Part shown: positions 1-14,382 of the stretch, one piece after another
How the letters are laid out: the number at the start of each line of letters is the position of its first letter
Position numbering within the stretch: the first letter of the stretch is position 1
Assembly: GCA_951406725.2 (NCBI GenBank)
Contig: OX597820.1
Span: 56,234,001 to 56,298,000 of the forward strand
Origin: Octopus vulgaris
Taxonomy: Eukaryota
DNA length: 64,000 nucleotides
Direction: 5' to 3'
Notes under the pieces: model-generated
What the model saw: the letters and a program-made list of their open reading frames with translations, nothing else
The model's database searches: none
Told to the model about the DNA's origin: nothing
Program-made: the position numbers and the translations under genes

Positions 1-282
1 ATATATATATATATATATATATATATTCCTTCCTTTATTTGTTTCAGTCATTTGACTGCGGTCATGCTGGAGCACCGCCTTTAGTCGAGCAAATCGACCC
101 CAGGACTTATTCTTTGTAAGCCTAGTACTTGTTAGATGAAGGCTACCGGGCTGAAACTTCGATGTCACTGTCCACTCCTTGTAAAAGTATGATAGATTTG
201 AACTCCACAAAAAATATTGAGTTATTCTTCAGTTTTATGTTAAATTGTTTTTTATTATAACTTGACATAAAAGCAAACAGTA

Positions 283-795
<513 letters not shown>

Positions 796-834
796 TGCGC
801 GGGTCATTCTCACCCGTCGTTCGAAATTTTACAA

Positions 835-1447
835 ACGAACTCCATTGTATCAGAGGATGAAAAGCTAAGTTGATACCGGCGGAATTTGAACTCAGAATGT
901 AATGAGTCAAACGTAAAGCCACAAAGCATTTTTTCTGGCATGGTAACGATTCTGCCAATAATAATCCTTTCTGCTATAGGCACAAAGCCCGAAATTTGAG
1001 CGGGGGAGGAGTAGTGGATTTTTACAGACCCCAGCACGGGACTAATGATTATTTTATCGATCCCGAAAGGATGAGAGGTAAAGTCGACCTCAGATGAATT
1101 TGAACTCGGAACGTAAAGATGGACGAAATTCCGCTAAGCATTTTGTCCGGCGCGTTAACGGTTCTGCCAGATCGTTGCTTTAACAGCAACTATACTAATA
1201 ATTCTATATTAGTGGATTCAAACTATATTAATGGTTTCAAATTTTGCCACAAGGGCAGCAATTTGGAGAGAGGGGTAAGTCACTTACATCGACCCCACTG
1301 CTCAATTGGTACTTATTTTATCGACCCTCGAAAGGATGGAAGATAAAGTCGCCCTCGGCGGAATTTGAGCTCAGAACGTAAAGATGGCCGAAATTCTGCT
1401 AAGCATTTTGCCCGGTGTGCTAACGTTTCTGCCAGCTCGCTGCCTTA
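835..1447 (-). mobile_element. Cluster of degenerate family-A tRNA-derived SINEs
   Basis: Repeated ATCGACCCCGAAAGGATGAAAGGCAAAGTCGACCTCGGCGGAATTTGAACTC-like core and GCCAGCTCGC head. Confidence 0.85.
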
Positions 1448-3522
1448 ACAGCAACTATACTAATAATTCTTTCTACTGGAAGCACAAGACATCAAATTTG
1501 GGGGAAGGGATTAAGCTTTCAATCCCCGCCTTATAAGATTTCTTACATTGACGCACAGCAGCAGACTCAAAAGGAAGGAATATTATATAATATTCCTTCT
1601 CTTTTACTATAATTTCTTTCATGTCTTTATAGGAATGCTAAATCGACCCGAATACTTGATTGGTTCTTTATTTTATCGACCCCGGAAATTTCAAAGGCAA
1701 AGTTGACCTCTTTGGGAATGAAACCGTGTATGGAAATGGCTGTAGTTAAATACCACAGATATTTTGTCCGATGCTTTAATGATCCTGCCAATGCACCGAT
1801 TGAGTTGACACCATCAATAATTGAACTCGAAAAGTAACAGAAAGGTTCTAATACTGGAAAGAATTTGACCACTCTAAGAATGACGAAAATGAGATTGGAT
1901 TTCAGTCTCAAGTTTATGTGATGTCAAACAACCGCGACTAGAAATTAACTAAGATTTCAGTATGAGTAGTACGTTAATCCATAGCTCAGTTAACTTCCTC
2001 ATCGTCTTGTTTAATTCCACATTCTGACATTGGCACAAAATGATAATTTTTTAGAATAAGGTATAGTCGATTTAATCGCTGTAAGTACATGACTGGTACT
2101 TTATCAATCCCAGGAAAAAAAAAAGCAAATTAATCTCGGTGGCATTTGAACTCAAGGATATTAAATCCAGAAACTAATACCAAATGATTCTAATTATCTA
2201 CATGTCCGTTTTATATTATCGATAGCTAGTTGTCGAGGAATTGGCGGAATCTTCAAAACATCGGACAAAATAGCATGCTGTAGTTGATTACATCGCTGTG
2301 CATCGTTCCGAGTGCTATAAAATATAATACCAGACTTGTACTAGGGCATATTTAATCAACTGTATCTACTCCGCAAGACTTTAGGCCTTGTATTTCTTCT
2401 AGAAATCTATATTATATTATCGACATCTAGATAATTTGATTTTATCAAAATGGATACTGCATAGTTTTTAATTTGACCTACAAATCTTTACGAGCATGAA
2501 CAGATTTAAGAAAACTCTATGAGCCGTTTAACAATTTTAATACATCTCAGAGATTGGAAAACATCAAAGAAACGCACGAGCCTAGGATCAGACTAAGTTG
2601 TGTACTTTACGTTAAGATGTGTGTTTTAATTAAAACTTCTGAAGACATTCTAGTTGCTATGTTTATTTCCCATCCAAGTGTTGTAATTATACTTTTATTC
2701 TGCCGTTTACAACCAATTGACGTCACTTCCTCATCCGCTTTGCCAAGACTGCGTACATTCTCCTGTTTGAAGTTATCAATGAAGCAGTAATTTTCTAAAT
2801 TGATCTATGTTGGATATTATTGTATGTAAACACTACAAAAACTGTTTGCATTTATTTTTGCCGTGTTTTTTTTTTATATAATTATTTCCAAAATAAGAGA
2901 ACTCCCGTTAGTAAGGCGGCTTTTTGACAAGTTTTGTATTGAAAGCATGAACAACTAGCGTTATGCATGGTGCTATAAACACCTTTGCTGAAACTTCAGC
3001 TACACAAATCGATAGAAAGTTTACTTGCTTAAGGAAGGTATCCTGTAATGGATTAAGTCTACAGCTGTAAAGCAGCATTATCATTTATGTCATTGCAATT
3101 GCAGCAACTGTTTAGCCTCGGGTCAACCTTGTTCGTGTTCCTCAAACCAATAGGTATATATTCATATGTGTGTGTGTTTATTCGAGCCATTCTCTGAAGG
3201 AAGGAGCTGCTTTCTAACAAAGACACAAACGCTCCATCACTAGAATACGGATAACAACGACGATAAGTACTGAGTTTTGCATATTTTTACTGTTCGATTT
3301 ACAGATTGTATCGGTAAAGATCTTTTTCCATATCTGAAAAATCCTAACTTTTTTAGACTGTCTCTTACTAACGTAACCAAGTGTATGCCAATGATTATTG
3401 GTGTAAATGTGAATTTGAGCAGCAGGTCTCGAAGCATTCGTCCATCAATATTCTCATTCCCGCTATTTTTAGAAGAGATATTTACGTCTGCAAGGCAGCT
3501 AATCTCTATAACTGTATATGAC

Positions 3523-3559
<37 letters not shown>

Positions 3560-3565
3560 GCGTGC

Positions 3566-3639
<74 letters not shown>

Positions 3640-3659
3640 CCTAACTAACTAGTGGAACT

Positions 3660-4518
3660 TCGATTTACGAATTTATTTCGTTCCTGAAAGCTATTCGTCA
3701 TTCAGAATCATAAGCATCTTGTTCCCATTTTCCTTCTAAAATAGTGTCTGTCAAATTCACCTTCTTCGGGGAAATCTGAGTATGTCAGATGTTGGTATCA
3801 GATACTGGTACTGCAAATGCATTGTGGGATTGCTTATTGCAACAGAAAAGCACTGACTTCCGTAGCTGTTTGTGCACATTGGCATCCAGAGGGCAGCTGA
3901 TTTCCACAACATATTTTTACCTTGTGATCGCACGCTATATCTAGTCTGTTGTCTTTTAACTTGGTGGCTGCCTTAATTTTTAAGTTCTCTCAATATTCTT
4001 TCGACTCATCTGTCTCAATATGGTCAACTTCGTCTGTAAATGTTTTCGTTCTTGTTATCTTGTTCCAAACTGTTCTAGCTACTCTATCATGGCTCATGGG
4101 AAAATAATATCTGGAAGACATTCTCTTGCAATTGGCAATAATGCGTTTGAAGTCTTCAGTCCTGTTTTTGCACAGCCTACATTTGTTGTCTGTCAACAAT
4201 TTCTGCCTTTCATGCTGTAGGTACCCCGTGGGTATCTTTCGAAGTGGGAGGTCATAAACTTGTCGGTACTTCATACCAATCTTTTGAGATGATCAATTCC
4301 TTCTACGGTTTGTGCTTGTCGTGTCAAGTACGCACGCACCAACTTCCCAGTGAATTGGTCCATTTGAATTTTATTTTGTTCTTTTGATAAATAGAATTTA
4401 CCGATGATTCTTTGAGAGAGATCTGTATCAGCTCTTATTTCAAGGTCATTAGCTATCCTAATTATGCTGTTGGTTTCATGATTGCAAACTTGGGAACGGT
4501 ATTTACTGATCTCTTTTC
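3660..4518 (-). mobile_element. Degenerate R4/Dong-like non-LTR retrotransposon, C-terminal region
   Basis: CRLC..E...II..C zinc knuckle, SHDRVA (RHD motif), then DNRLDI and VEISCP motifs of the restriction-like endonuclease; in-frame stops. Confidence 0.8.
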
Positions 4519-4880
4519 TATGTATGTATGTATGTATGTATGTATGTATGTATGTATGTATGTATGTATGTATGTATGTATGTATGTATGTATGTATGTA
4601 TGCATGCATGCATGCATGTATGTATGTATTACGGATGGTTATATGTATGTACGTACGTATGTATGTATGTATGTATGTATGTATGTATGTATGTATGTAT
4701 GTATGTATGTATGTATGTATGTATGTATGTATGCATGCATGCATGTATGTATGTATGTATTACGGATGGTTATATGTATGTATGTATGCATGTATGTATG
4801 TATGTATGTATGTATGTCTGCATGTATGTATGTATGTATGTATGTATGTATGTATGTATGTATGTATGTATGCATGTATG
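4519..4880. repeat. (ATGT)n microsatellite with internal duplication
   Basis: Tetranucleotide array; the interruption ATTACGGATGGTTATATG occurs twice. Confidence 0.95.
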
Positions 4881-6772
4881 TAATAGCTATGTAAAGCGTA
4901 ACGTTTTCAAGAATGCTCTTAAAGAACTAATGGGTTACGGAACTAAATACATAAGATTTTAAAAAAAGATATGAAAGTTGATTACAATCACCACCACTAT
5001 CACCACCCACCACCCACCATCACCAACACCACCAGCTGAGCTAGCGTGTGCGTTCGCTCGGAACACTAGATATAGTAGTTAAACCTCCTTGAAATAATAC
5101 GCTACTATCTTAAAAAAAGGAAGAATATGCTGGGTAATGTAGTCTTAGTCAGAGGATGTCTGAAAACAGATGGAATAGATACAGCTGGAATACCTTTGAT
5201 CATAGGTTTGTCGTTTCATAGCTAATTCAGTGGAAGAATGGCAACAGCCATGGCCATGTTTAAGGGTCTCCCATATTGACGAGAGGAAGGTAGGATGGTA
5301 TCCCCAGACAGGAGACCTGGTCTGAGTACTTTTAACAGTGTGAACGCTACTACAGGCACCCGAAAGCTAGATGATGAGGATGTTAAACTGGAATCAAGTT
5401 TTCTTCTCAAAAGCAGTAAGAGCCCCTTCGGTAGGCTTCCACACAGTTTCTACCTCTCAAATTTCCTTTGAAATGCTTTTGTCGACCCGAGGGCACTATA
5501 AAAAAAATACATTCTCAGGATAATGCGTAATGGGATTGAATCCGGAATCATATATTTAGAAAACAAACTTCTGAGCCGAGACAGCAACTTGACCCAGAAT
5601 CCGTCAGGATGTGCAGTAAAATGAAATATGGCCTTTCTTGTTTCGTATATGTACCGGAAAAAAATTAAGAAAAAAGGGCATGAGTCATCTACTTATAATG
5701 TTTCGTTCTGTTGTCTTCTCACTGTATTGAATATCCATTCACATTTATTTATTGCACGGATGGCATTTCCGAGTTATTTGAGCAACTCTTTCTCTACGCC
5801 CACAAATAAACATCTCCATTTAGTTAATGCCCTCAATTCATTTGCTAATACTTAAGCAAGATATGGTGATGAATTACTTATTTATTTTCGTGGAACAAAA
5901 AAGGAAATTCAGTACCGACTCATTATTATTTTTATTCTTATAGCATATTTTATTCAGTTTGTTATTCTCTCTATGCAGCTAAAATATCATTTTGCTTGTC
6001 ACAGTATGTATTTCCTTGTTATACTTCAAAGGGCATCAAAAAGTGAAAAAAGTTTCCATTGCAAAACATAAACCAGAGAAGTATTTTCTGAAGCAAAATG
6101 ATTTCATTAATAATCTTCTCCATTAAAGGCACGAGGCCAGAAATTTTGAGGAGAGAGGTAACTCGGTTACATCTATCGCAATACTTGATTGATACTTATT
6201 TCATCGACTCCGAAAGAATGAAAGGCAAAGTCTACCTCGGTGGAATTTGAACTCAGAACGTAAGGACAGACGAGACGAAGTCGTGAAACATTTCATTCGG
6301 TGTGCTAACAGTACTGCCAGCTCACCGTCTTAGGATTCTTGACTAATACAAAGACTCCTTAATGTGATGAACACGCTGCAAGAACTATGTATGTATGTAT
6401 GCATGTATGTATGTATGTATGTATGTATGTATGTATGTATGTATGTATGTATGTATGTATGTATGTATGTATGTATGTATGTATGTATGTATGTATGTAT
6501 GTGTGTATATGTGTGTGCGTGTATGTTATAATTATACAGCTCTTATGACTCATACGTAGTACTTATATAAAAATATGCGAAAGTTGCAAGAGGTACGTGC
6601 ACTTAGGGAAAATACTGTTCCCTTTGAATATTAATTCAATTTTTGGCACAAGGCCAGCAATTTCAGATGTTGGGGTACGTCGATTACACCGACCCCAGTA
6701 TGCAACTGGTACTTATTTTATCGACTCTGAAAGGATGAAAGGTTAAGTGGACCACGTCAGAATACGAACTCA

Positions 6773-7169
6773 AGGCGGCGAGCTGCCAGAAACGTTAGCA
6801 TGCCGGGCGAAATGCTTAGCGGTAATTCGTCTGCCGCTACGTTCTGAGTTCAAATTCCGCCGAGGTCGACTTTGCCTTTCATCCATTCGGGGTCGATTAA
6901 ATAAGTACCAGTTACGCACTAGGGTCGATATAATCGACTTAATCCGTTTGTCTGTCGTTGTTTGTCCTCTCTGTGTTTAGCCCCTTGTGGGTAGTAAAGA
7001 AATAGGTATTTCGTCTGCCGTTACGTTCTGAAGTCAAATTCCGCCGAGGTCGACTTTGCCTCTTCATCCTTTCGGGGTCGATAAATTAAGTACCAGTTAC
7101 GCACTGGGGTCGATATAATCGACTTAATCCCTTTGTCTGACCTTTGTCTGACCTTTGTCTGACCTTTGT
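6773..7169 (+). mobile_element. Dimeric family-A SINE, 3'-truncated in an 11-bp stutter (GACCTTTGTCT)
   Basis: GGCGGCGAGCTG head, B box GAGTTCAAATTC, second unit starting at GGTATTTCG (7005). The central segment resembles, from memory, the MetaSINE domain (unverified). Confidence 0.9.
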
Positions 7170-7210
7170 CTTACCACACAGCCACTCCTACTCCTAAAAG
7201 AAACACTGGC

Positions 7211-7269
7211 CTCCCCAGCGGGGAATCGAACCCCGGTCTCGCGCGTGACAGGTGGGGATATTTACCACT
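7211..7269 (-). pseudogene. 5'-truncated inverted copy of the tRNA-Asp (lacks first 13 nt)
   Basis: 7170-7269 is the exact reverse complement of 8941-9040. Confidence 0.9.
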
Positions 7270-8707
7270 TTATGCTTCAAACATTATGCTTCAAACATTA
7301 TGCTTTAAACATTATGCTTTAAACTTTATGCTTCAAACATTATGCTTCAAACATTCTTCAAACATTATGCTTCAAACATTATGCTTCAAACATTATGCTT
7401 CAAACATTATGCTTCAAACATTATGCTTTAAACATTATGCTTCAAACATTATGCTTTAAACATTATGCTTTAAACATTATGCTTTAAACTTTATGCTTTA
7501 AACTTTATGCTTCAAACTTTATGCTTCAAAAATTATGCTTCAAACATTATGCTTCAAACATTATGCTTCAAACATTATGCTTCAAACATTATGCTTCAAA
7601 CTTTATGCTTCAAACATTATGCTTTAAACATTATGCTTTAAACATTATGCTTCAAACATTATGCTTCAAACATTATGCTTCAAACATTATGCTTCAAACA
7701 TTATGCTTCAAACATTATGCTTCAAACATTATGCTTTAAACATTATGCTTTAAACATTATGCTTTAAACTTTATGCTTTAAACTTTATGCTTCAAACTTT
7801 ATGCTTCAAACATTATGCTTTAAACATTATGCTTTAAACATTATGCTTTAAACTTTATGCTTTAAACTTTATGCTTCAAACATTTATGCTTCAAACTTTA
7901 TGCTTCAAACATTATGCTTCAAACATTATGCTTTAAACTTTATGCTTCAAACTTATGCTTCAAACATTATGCTTCAAACATTATGCTTCAAACATTATGC
8001 TTCAAACATTATGCTTCAAACATTATGCTTTAAACATTATGCTTTAAACTTTATGCTTTAAACTTTATGCTTCAAACTTTATGCTTCAAACTTTATGCTT
8101 CAAACATTATGCTTCAAACATTATACTTCAAACATTATGTTTTAAACATTATGCTTCAAACATTATGCTTCAAACATTATGCTTCAAACATTATGCTTCA
8201 AACATTATGCTTTAAACATTATGCTTTAAACATTATGCTTTAAACATTATGCTTTAAACTTTATGCTTCAAACTTTATGCTTCAAACTTTATGCTTCAAA
8301 CATTATGCTTCAAACATTATGCTTCAAACATTATGCTTCAAACATTATGCTTCAAACATTATGCTTCAAACATTATGCTTCAAACATTATGCTTCAAACA
8401 TTATGCTTCAAACATTATGCTTCAAACATTATGCTTCAAACATTATGTTTTAAACATTATGCTTTAAACATTATGCTTTAAACTTTATGCTTCAAACTTT
8501 ATGCTTCAAACATTATGCTTCAAACATTATGCTTCAAACTTTATGCTTCAAACATTATGCTTCAAACATTATGCTTCAAACATTATGCTTCAAACATTAT
8601 GCTTTAAACATTATGCTTTAAACTTTATGCTTTAAACTTTAAACTTTATGCTTCATTATAATTCAAAGAATATGCTTCAAAAGTTTATACTTCAAACTTT
8701 ATGCTTC
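7270..8707. repeat. 14-bp minisatellite GCTT[C/T]AAAC[A/T]TTAT, ~100 units, degenerate at right end
   Basis: Read directly from the sequence. Confidence 0.98.
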
Positions 8708-8927
8708 CTCCACGGTCCCGCTAAATAAGTTAAATACAATTATTTGATCCTACATCGTTGTAAATGAGCTAAGGCTAACACTAAGTGTGAGGGTTAACAA
8801 TTCAACAGCTGCTCGTCTGATCAGAAGCTCAGTACACGATACGTAGCACATATCTATTGTTCCTAATTTTTCTCACGCAGATTCTGAAACTTGTTGACCA
8901 AGATTTCAAAATAATGTCTGCTAGTAG

Positions 8928-8999
8928 TCCTCGGTAGTATAGTGGTAAATATCCCCACCTGTCACGCGCGAGACCGGGGTTCGATTCCCCGCTGGGGAG
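8928..8999 (+). tRNA. tRNA-Asp(GTC), probably pseudogene or defective isodecoder
   Basis: 72-nt near-match to metazoan tRNA-Asp with intact A and B boxes, acceptor stem and T-arm, and a TTTCTTTT trailer at 9007-9014. The anticodon stem CCCAC/GCGCG has two mismatches (C.C, A.C). Confidence 0.85.
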
Positions 9000-9014
9000 G
9001 CCAGTGTTTCTTTT

Positions 9015-9430
9015 AGGAGTAGGAGTGGCTGTGTGGTAAGTAGCTTGCTTACGGACTACATGGTACCGGGTTCAGTCCCAGTGCGTGGCACCTTGGGCAT
9101 GTGTCTTCTACTATAGCCTCGGGCCGACCAAAGCCTTGTGAGTGAATTTGGTAGACGGAAACTGAAAGAAGCCTGTCGTATATATGTATGTGTTTGTGTG
9201 TGTGTGTGCGTGTGTGTGTTTATGTGTCTGTGTTTGACCCCCCACTCCAACCGATGCTGGTGTGTTTACGTCCCCGTAACGTAGCGGTTCGACAAAAGAG
9301 ACCGATAGAATAAGTACTAGGCTTACATAGAATAAGTCCTGGAGTCGATTTGCTCGACTAAAGGCGCTGCTCCAGCATGGCCACAGTCAAATGACTGAAA
9401 CAAGTAAAAGAGTAAAAAGAGTAAAGAGTA
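9015..9430 (+). mobile_element. Family-B tRNA-derived SINE with internal microsatellite
   Basis: A box TGGCTGTGTGG, B box GGTTCAGTCC, GGCACCTTGGGCA segment and GTAAAAGA-type tail; many copies in the window. Confidence 0.9.
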
Positions 9431-10359
9431 GTACTTAACATATGCGACAGATTTAATCCGTGGTTCCGCTTAACGTCACCACTTGTCCACGGGCCCGGGA
9501 ACAGGGGGTGCAGAGGATTCATGACGCATGCGTAGCTCCTAAAACTTTTGTTAGTGCAAAATCAAACTTTGCACCCCTACGTACTTTTCTCGGGTTTAGA
9601 AAACAGTGAGTAAGAAGTGATCTGTAAAAAGTAGCTTGAAATTAGGTTTCTTCTCAAGGAACAAAGAACAAACATAAATAAATTAAAAACACTAAGACTG
9701 GTTGCAAAAAAATTTGGACCTGGGTTTACACCCCCATCCCACCCCATGCAAATTTCCTTCCCGAGCCAGGATACTTCTCCAGTTGACGCCCTTAGCGGAG
9801 TCCATTCTAAAGCAAGCATTCAAGCTACATCTCTGGTTTATGGATAACTTAGTGTATAATCTTCCACCCTTCCGTGTAGGAAGACCGGAAAGCGGTCTTG
9901 AGGACCATCTTTTCCTCTCTAAGTTATAAATTTAGAAAGAAAAATAAACAAAAAAACACGGGTTTGTGCACTGTAGAGTTGTGTTAACCTCTTAACATAT
10001 TTAATTTGCAAAGTTTTCTCATTACTAGGAATGTGATACGAGGAAACGAAAATGATGATAGTCGTTAGTCAAAAGTACAATGCATAGCATGTAACTAATA
10101 CTTCAGATTTCTCTCTACTCAATACATCGGAAATGGAGTCCAACTGTCTTTTCATCAACTTTTTGAAACTAAATTCCCATCCTCCTCATTTCGTGAAATA
10201 TTAGGTTGTTACAAAAAATACGTTCGTTTCCACCTCCCACCCTGCCATACATACTTGGTACTATATTGTTATATGTATGAAAAAAAAAATGTTCTTCATG
10301 AAATTGATCCAAATTTCAGACACGATAAACAAAAGTTGTAAAGGAAGAGCAAAGCTAAA

Positions 10360-10519
10360 AAAGCCGTGGCTGAGTGGTAAGAAGCTTGCTTCCCAACCAC
10401 ATGGTTCTGGGTTCAGTCCCATTGCGTGGCACCTTGGGCACGTGTCTTCTACTATAGTCTCGGGCCGACCAAAGCCTTGTAAGTGGATTTGGTAGGCGGA
10501 AATTGAAAGAAGCCCGTCG

Positions 10520-10588
<69 letters not shown>

Positions 10589-10589
10589 C

Positions 10590-10625
<36 letters not shown>

Positions 10626-10643
10626 CCTATCTATCTATCTCTC

Positions 10644-10674
<31 letters not shown>

Positions 10675-10897
10675 GCGCCTTTATGTCTGTGTTTGTCCCT
10701 CCACTCACCGCTCGAAAGCCGGTGTTGGTGTGTTTACGACCCCGTAACTTAACGGTTCGGCAAAAGACACCGATAAAATAAGTACTAGACAGTTAAAGAA
10801 AAAGTCCTGGGGGTCGATTTGTTCGATATAAAGTTCTTCAAGGCGGTGTCCCAGCATGGGCGCTGTCAAATGACTGACACAAGTAAAAAGTAAAAGA
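10360..10897 (+). mobile_element. Family-B SINE with expanded (TATC)n/(TGTC)n
   Basis: Same head, body and tail as 9015-9430. Confidence 0.88.
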
Positions 10898-11868
10898 TTA
10901 AATCTTTAATAAATTAATCTTTTAGTAAATAGGGTTGGAGGTAAAATAAACCGGACAAATTTATCTGACAACCTAATACAATGTTCTAAGAAAATTACCT
11001 CCGATTTTTAAGATGCCAAAACATTCAGTATATTTATTGTTTTTTTTTTAAAGGTTACTGGACTGGCGATTCGAGTCTAGAGAGGTAGAAGCCAGATTCA
11101 ATTCTTGGTCTGGTCAGATTTGAAGTCAGAGTTAAAAAAAAGTATATTCATAAGTGATCCATCCATCACTTGTCCGTGATAACAAGATACGCTCAAATGT
11201 GGACCATGTTACACTTACCACGGATTGATTTGAAATAACACGGGTCGGCGATATGTCAAAGATTTCGCATGTATCACAAAACTGCGCTCAGCTACCTTCC
11301 ACAACACTCAAGACAACTTGTGGTCTCGGAACGAAGCTTGTTTTCTCATATGTTCTATTGTTCATTTATCGCTGATTTTATCACTGATTCATTTATCACA
11401 TTTTTAATCAAACAGCGGTGATAAACGAGTATGCATGTATTTGTTATTTAGTCGACACCCTATAGTTTCTGATACTAAATAACAAAATCCAGCTGAGGAA
11501 AATGATAGCAAATGCTTTAAGTTATTAAACATAATTCTTCCTGTGGTTCTTCTACTGTAATACATACCATCGTAGGCGTGTAGCTAACGATGAGAGCGTT
11601 AGGGTTAGGTGAAGCACTTGAGATCACACACTAAGCATATAGTGTTAATCCTGTGATGTCAGGAAAAGCAATATCAAAATATTTAAGAGGGTATTTTCTA
11701 CAACCATCTTGACAAAAATCTACGCCCATTTTATACTGCAACACACACACACACAACACACACACTGACACAACGCCCCCCCCCCACACACACACATGTA
11801 TGTACATACAAACATAAAATATATGTATATATACATATAAATTTATATATTTACATATAAATACAAAC

Positions 11869-11903
<35 letters not shown>

Positions 11904-11986
11904 AATACAAACATATTTTTACATACACACATATATTATATATGTAATATGTGTGTGTATATATACACACATAATTTCACACACAC

Positions 11987-12149
11987 AGGCACAAGTGTGG
12001 CTGTATGGTAAGTAGCTTGATTTTCAACCACATGGTTCCGGGTTCAGTCCCACTGCGTGGCACCTTGGGCAAGTGTCTTCAACTATAGCCTCGGGCCGAC
12101 CAAAGCCCTGTGAGTGGATTTAATAGACGGAAACTGAAAGAAGCCTGTC

Positions 12150-12184
<35 letters not shown>

Positions 12185-12375
12185 TGTCTGTCTGTGCTTG
12201 TCCCCCAACATCACTTGACAACTGATGCTGGTGTGTTTACGTCCTCGTAATGTAGCGGTTCGACAAAAGAGACCGATAAAATAAATACTAGGCTTAGAAA
12301 GAATACGTTCTGGAGTCGATTTCCTCGACAAAAGGCAGTGCTCCAGCATAGCCGCAGTCAAATGACTGAAAAGGT
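11987..12375 (+). mobile_element. Family-B SINE
   Basis: Same head, body and tail as 9015-9430. Confidence 0.88.
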
Positions 12376-12544
12376 AACACACATTCCATATCTTGATATT
12401 TTTTCAGAATCAAATTCAAAATTTTAAGTTTTTAATTCCCTTGAAGAAAACGGTTTTATTTATTTCATGATGTAATCAGTTTATTCATCATAAACGTGTC
12501 TGAAACAGCTGTAGCAAACCTCAATCCATTTGTGTTCTTTCTTT

Positions 12545-12585
<41 letters not shown>

Positions 12586-12871
12586 CACGCACGCACAGGC
12601 ATATATAAAGAAATTTATTCTATTTAGTAATCCGTTAGTAGGTAAGTGACAAAGATTTTTTTTGTTTAAATCAAGACACTTCCGGTTATTTTTATTTGTG
12701 TATGTGGTACACAATGTATATCTTGTATATATGTGAGTGTCTGAGTGTATGAATGTGTGCATATAAACATACATAGGTCGGATGTGTATCCCCATAAACA
12801 TTGTCTGCAGTTGAAGTTGAATACATCCGTGTATATTTATGTCTTTGCATATATACATATATATGTACGTA

Positions 12872-12912
<41 letters not shown>

Positions 12913-13340
12913 TCTGTCCATTTCTTTCCTAAAGACAAGACGTGCTTTTACCTGTCTCTTCTCATAGCTCGTCTTCCTTGCGTTCATAATAATTTTTCTG
13001 TCGTCTTGGCTCAACAACCCTCACCGTTTGTTTTTACTGTCTTGTTCACACTGTCCTGTTCTTGTTACCCGCAAAAAAATCCCAAATTTTATTTAATTTC
13101 CTTTGCGGGAAGGACTGTTTCAACGAAGTTTCAACTATTTCAACTGTTTCAACGAAACGCGGAGTAGTTGAAACAGCGTCAACTGATGAAGGGGAATATT
13201 CTTTATGTCTCGTTTCTCTGTTTGTTTGTTTTGTTTGCGGTTTTCGAAAGAAAGTTCGTTTTCTATGTTTTCGTTTCTCCTTGTGTTTAGCGGTTTTTTT
13301 TCTGATGCCCTGTACCCATATATGCATGTATATACATATA

Positions 13341-13417
<77 letters not shown>

Positions 13418-13493
13418 CAAAAACTGTCCGACGAACGGCAACGGGAAACTCAGAGTAACAGGTTTTGTTGAATTTTCTGCTGCTTTAAATAAA

Positions 13494-13532
<39 letters not shown>

Positions 13533-13579
13533 GTGTGTGTGTGTGTGTGTAGGTATGTAGGTATGTACATATATGTATG

Positions 13580-13630
<51 letters not shown>

Positions 13631-13659
13631 AGGTATGTAGGTATGTACATATATGTATG

Positions 13660-13731
<72 letters not shown>

Positions 13732-13746
13732 TCAGACGAAACGTTA

Positions 13747-14040
<294 letters not shown>

Positions 14041-14269
14041 TTATTCTATCAACCCCGATACGATGAAAAACAGTCGACCTCGGCGTAATTTGAATATAAG
14101 AATATAAAGAGATTAAAGAAATGCCACTGAGAATTATGTCCAACGCTCCTTCCAGCTCGCTGCCTTCGACATTTCTGTAAATGAATAAGTTTATATGTGT
14201 GGCTATGAATGGACGTTGGCATTCTGCATGAGGATTAAATGAAGGATTTCAGAATGTATATTTGTGCGT

Positions 14270-14382
<113 letters not shown>

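Noticed and set aside
7166-8481. ORFs with repeated MLQTLCFKHYASNI
   Set aside because: Arithmetic product of translating a 14-bp repeat; broken by stops wherever the TAA variant falls in frame.
7270-8707. CRISPR-like array
   Set aside because: Contiguous units with no unique spacers, no cas genes, eukaryotic context.
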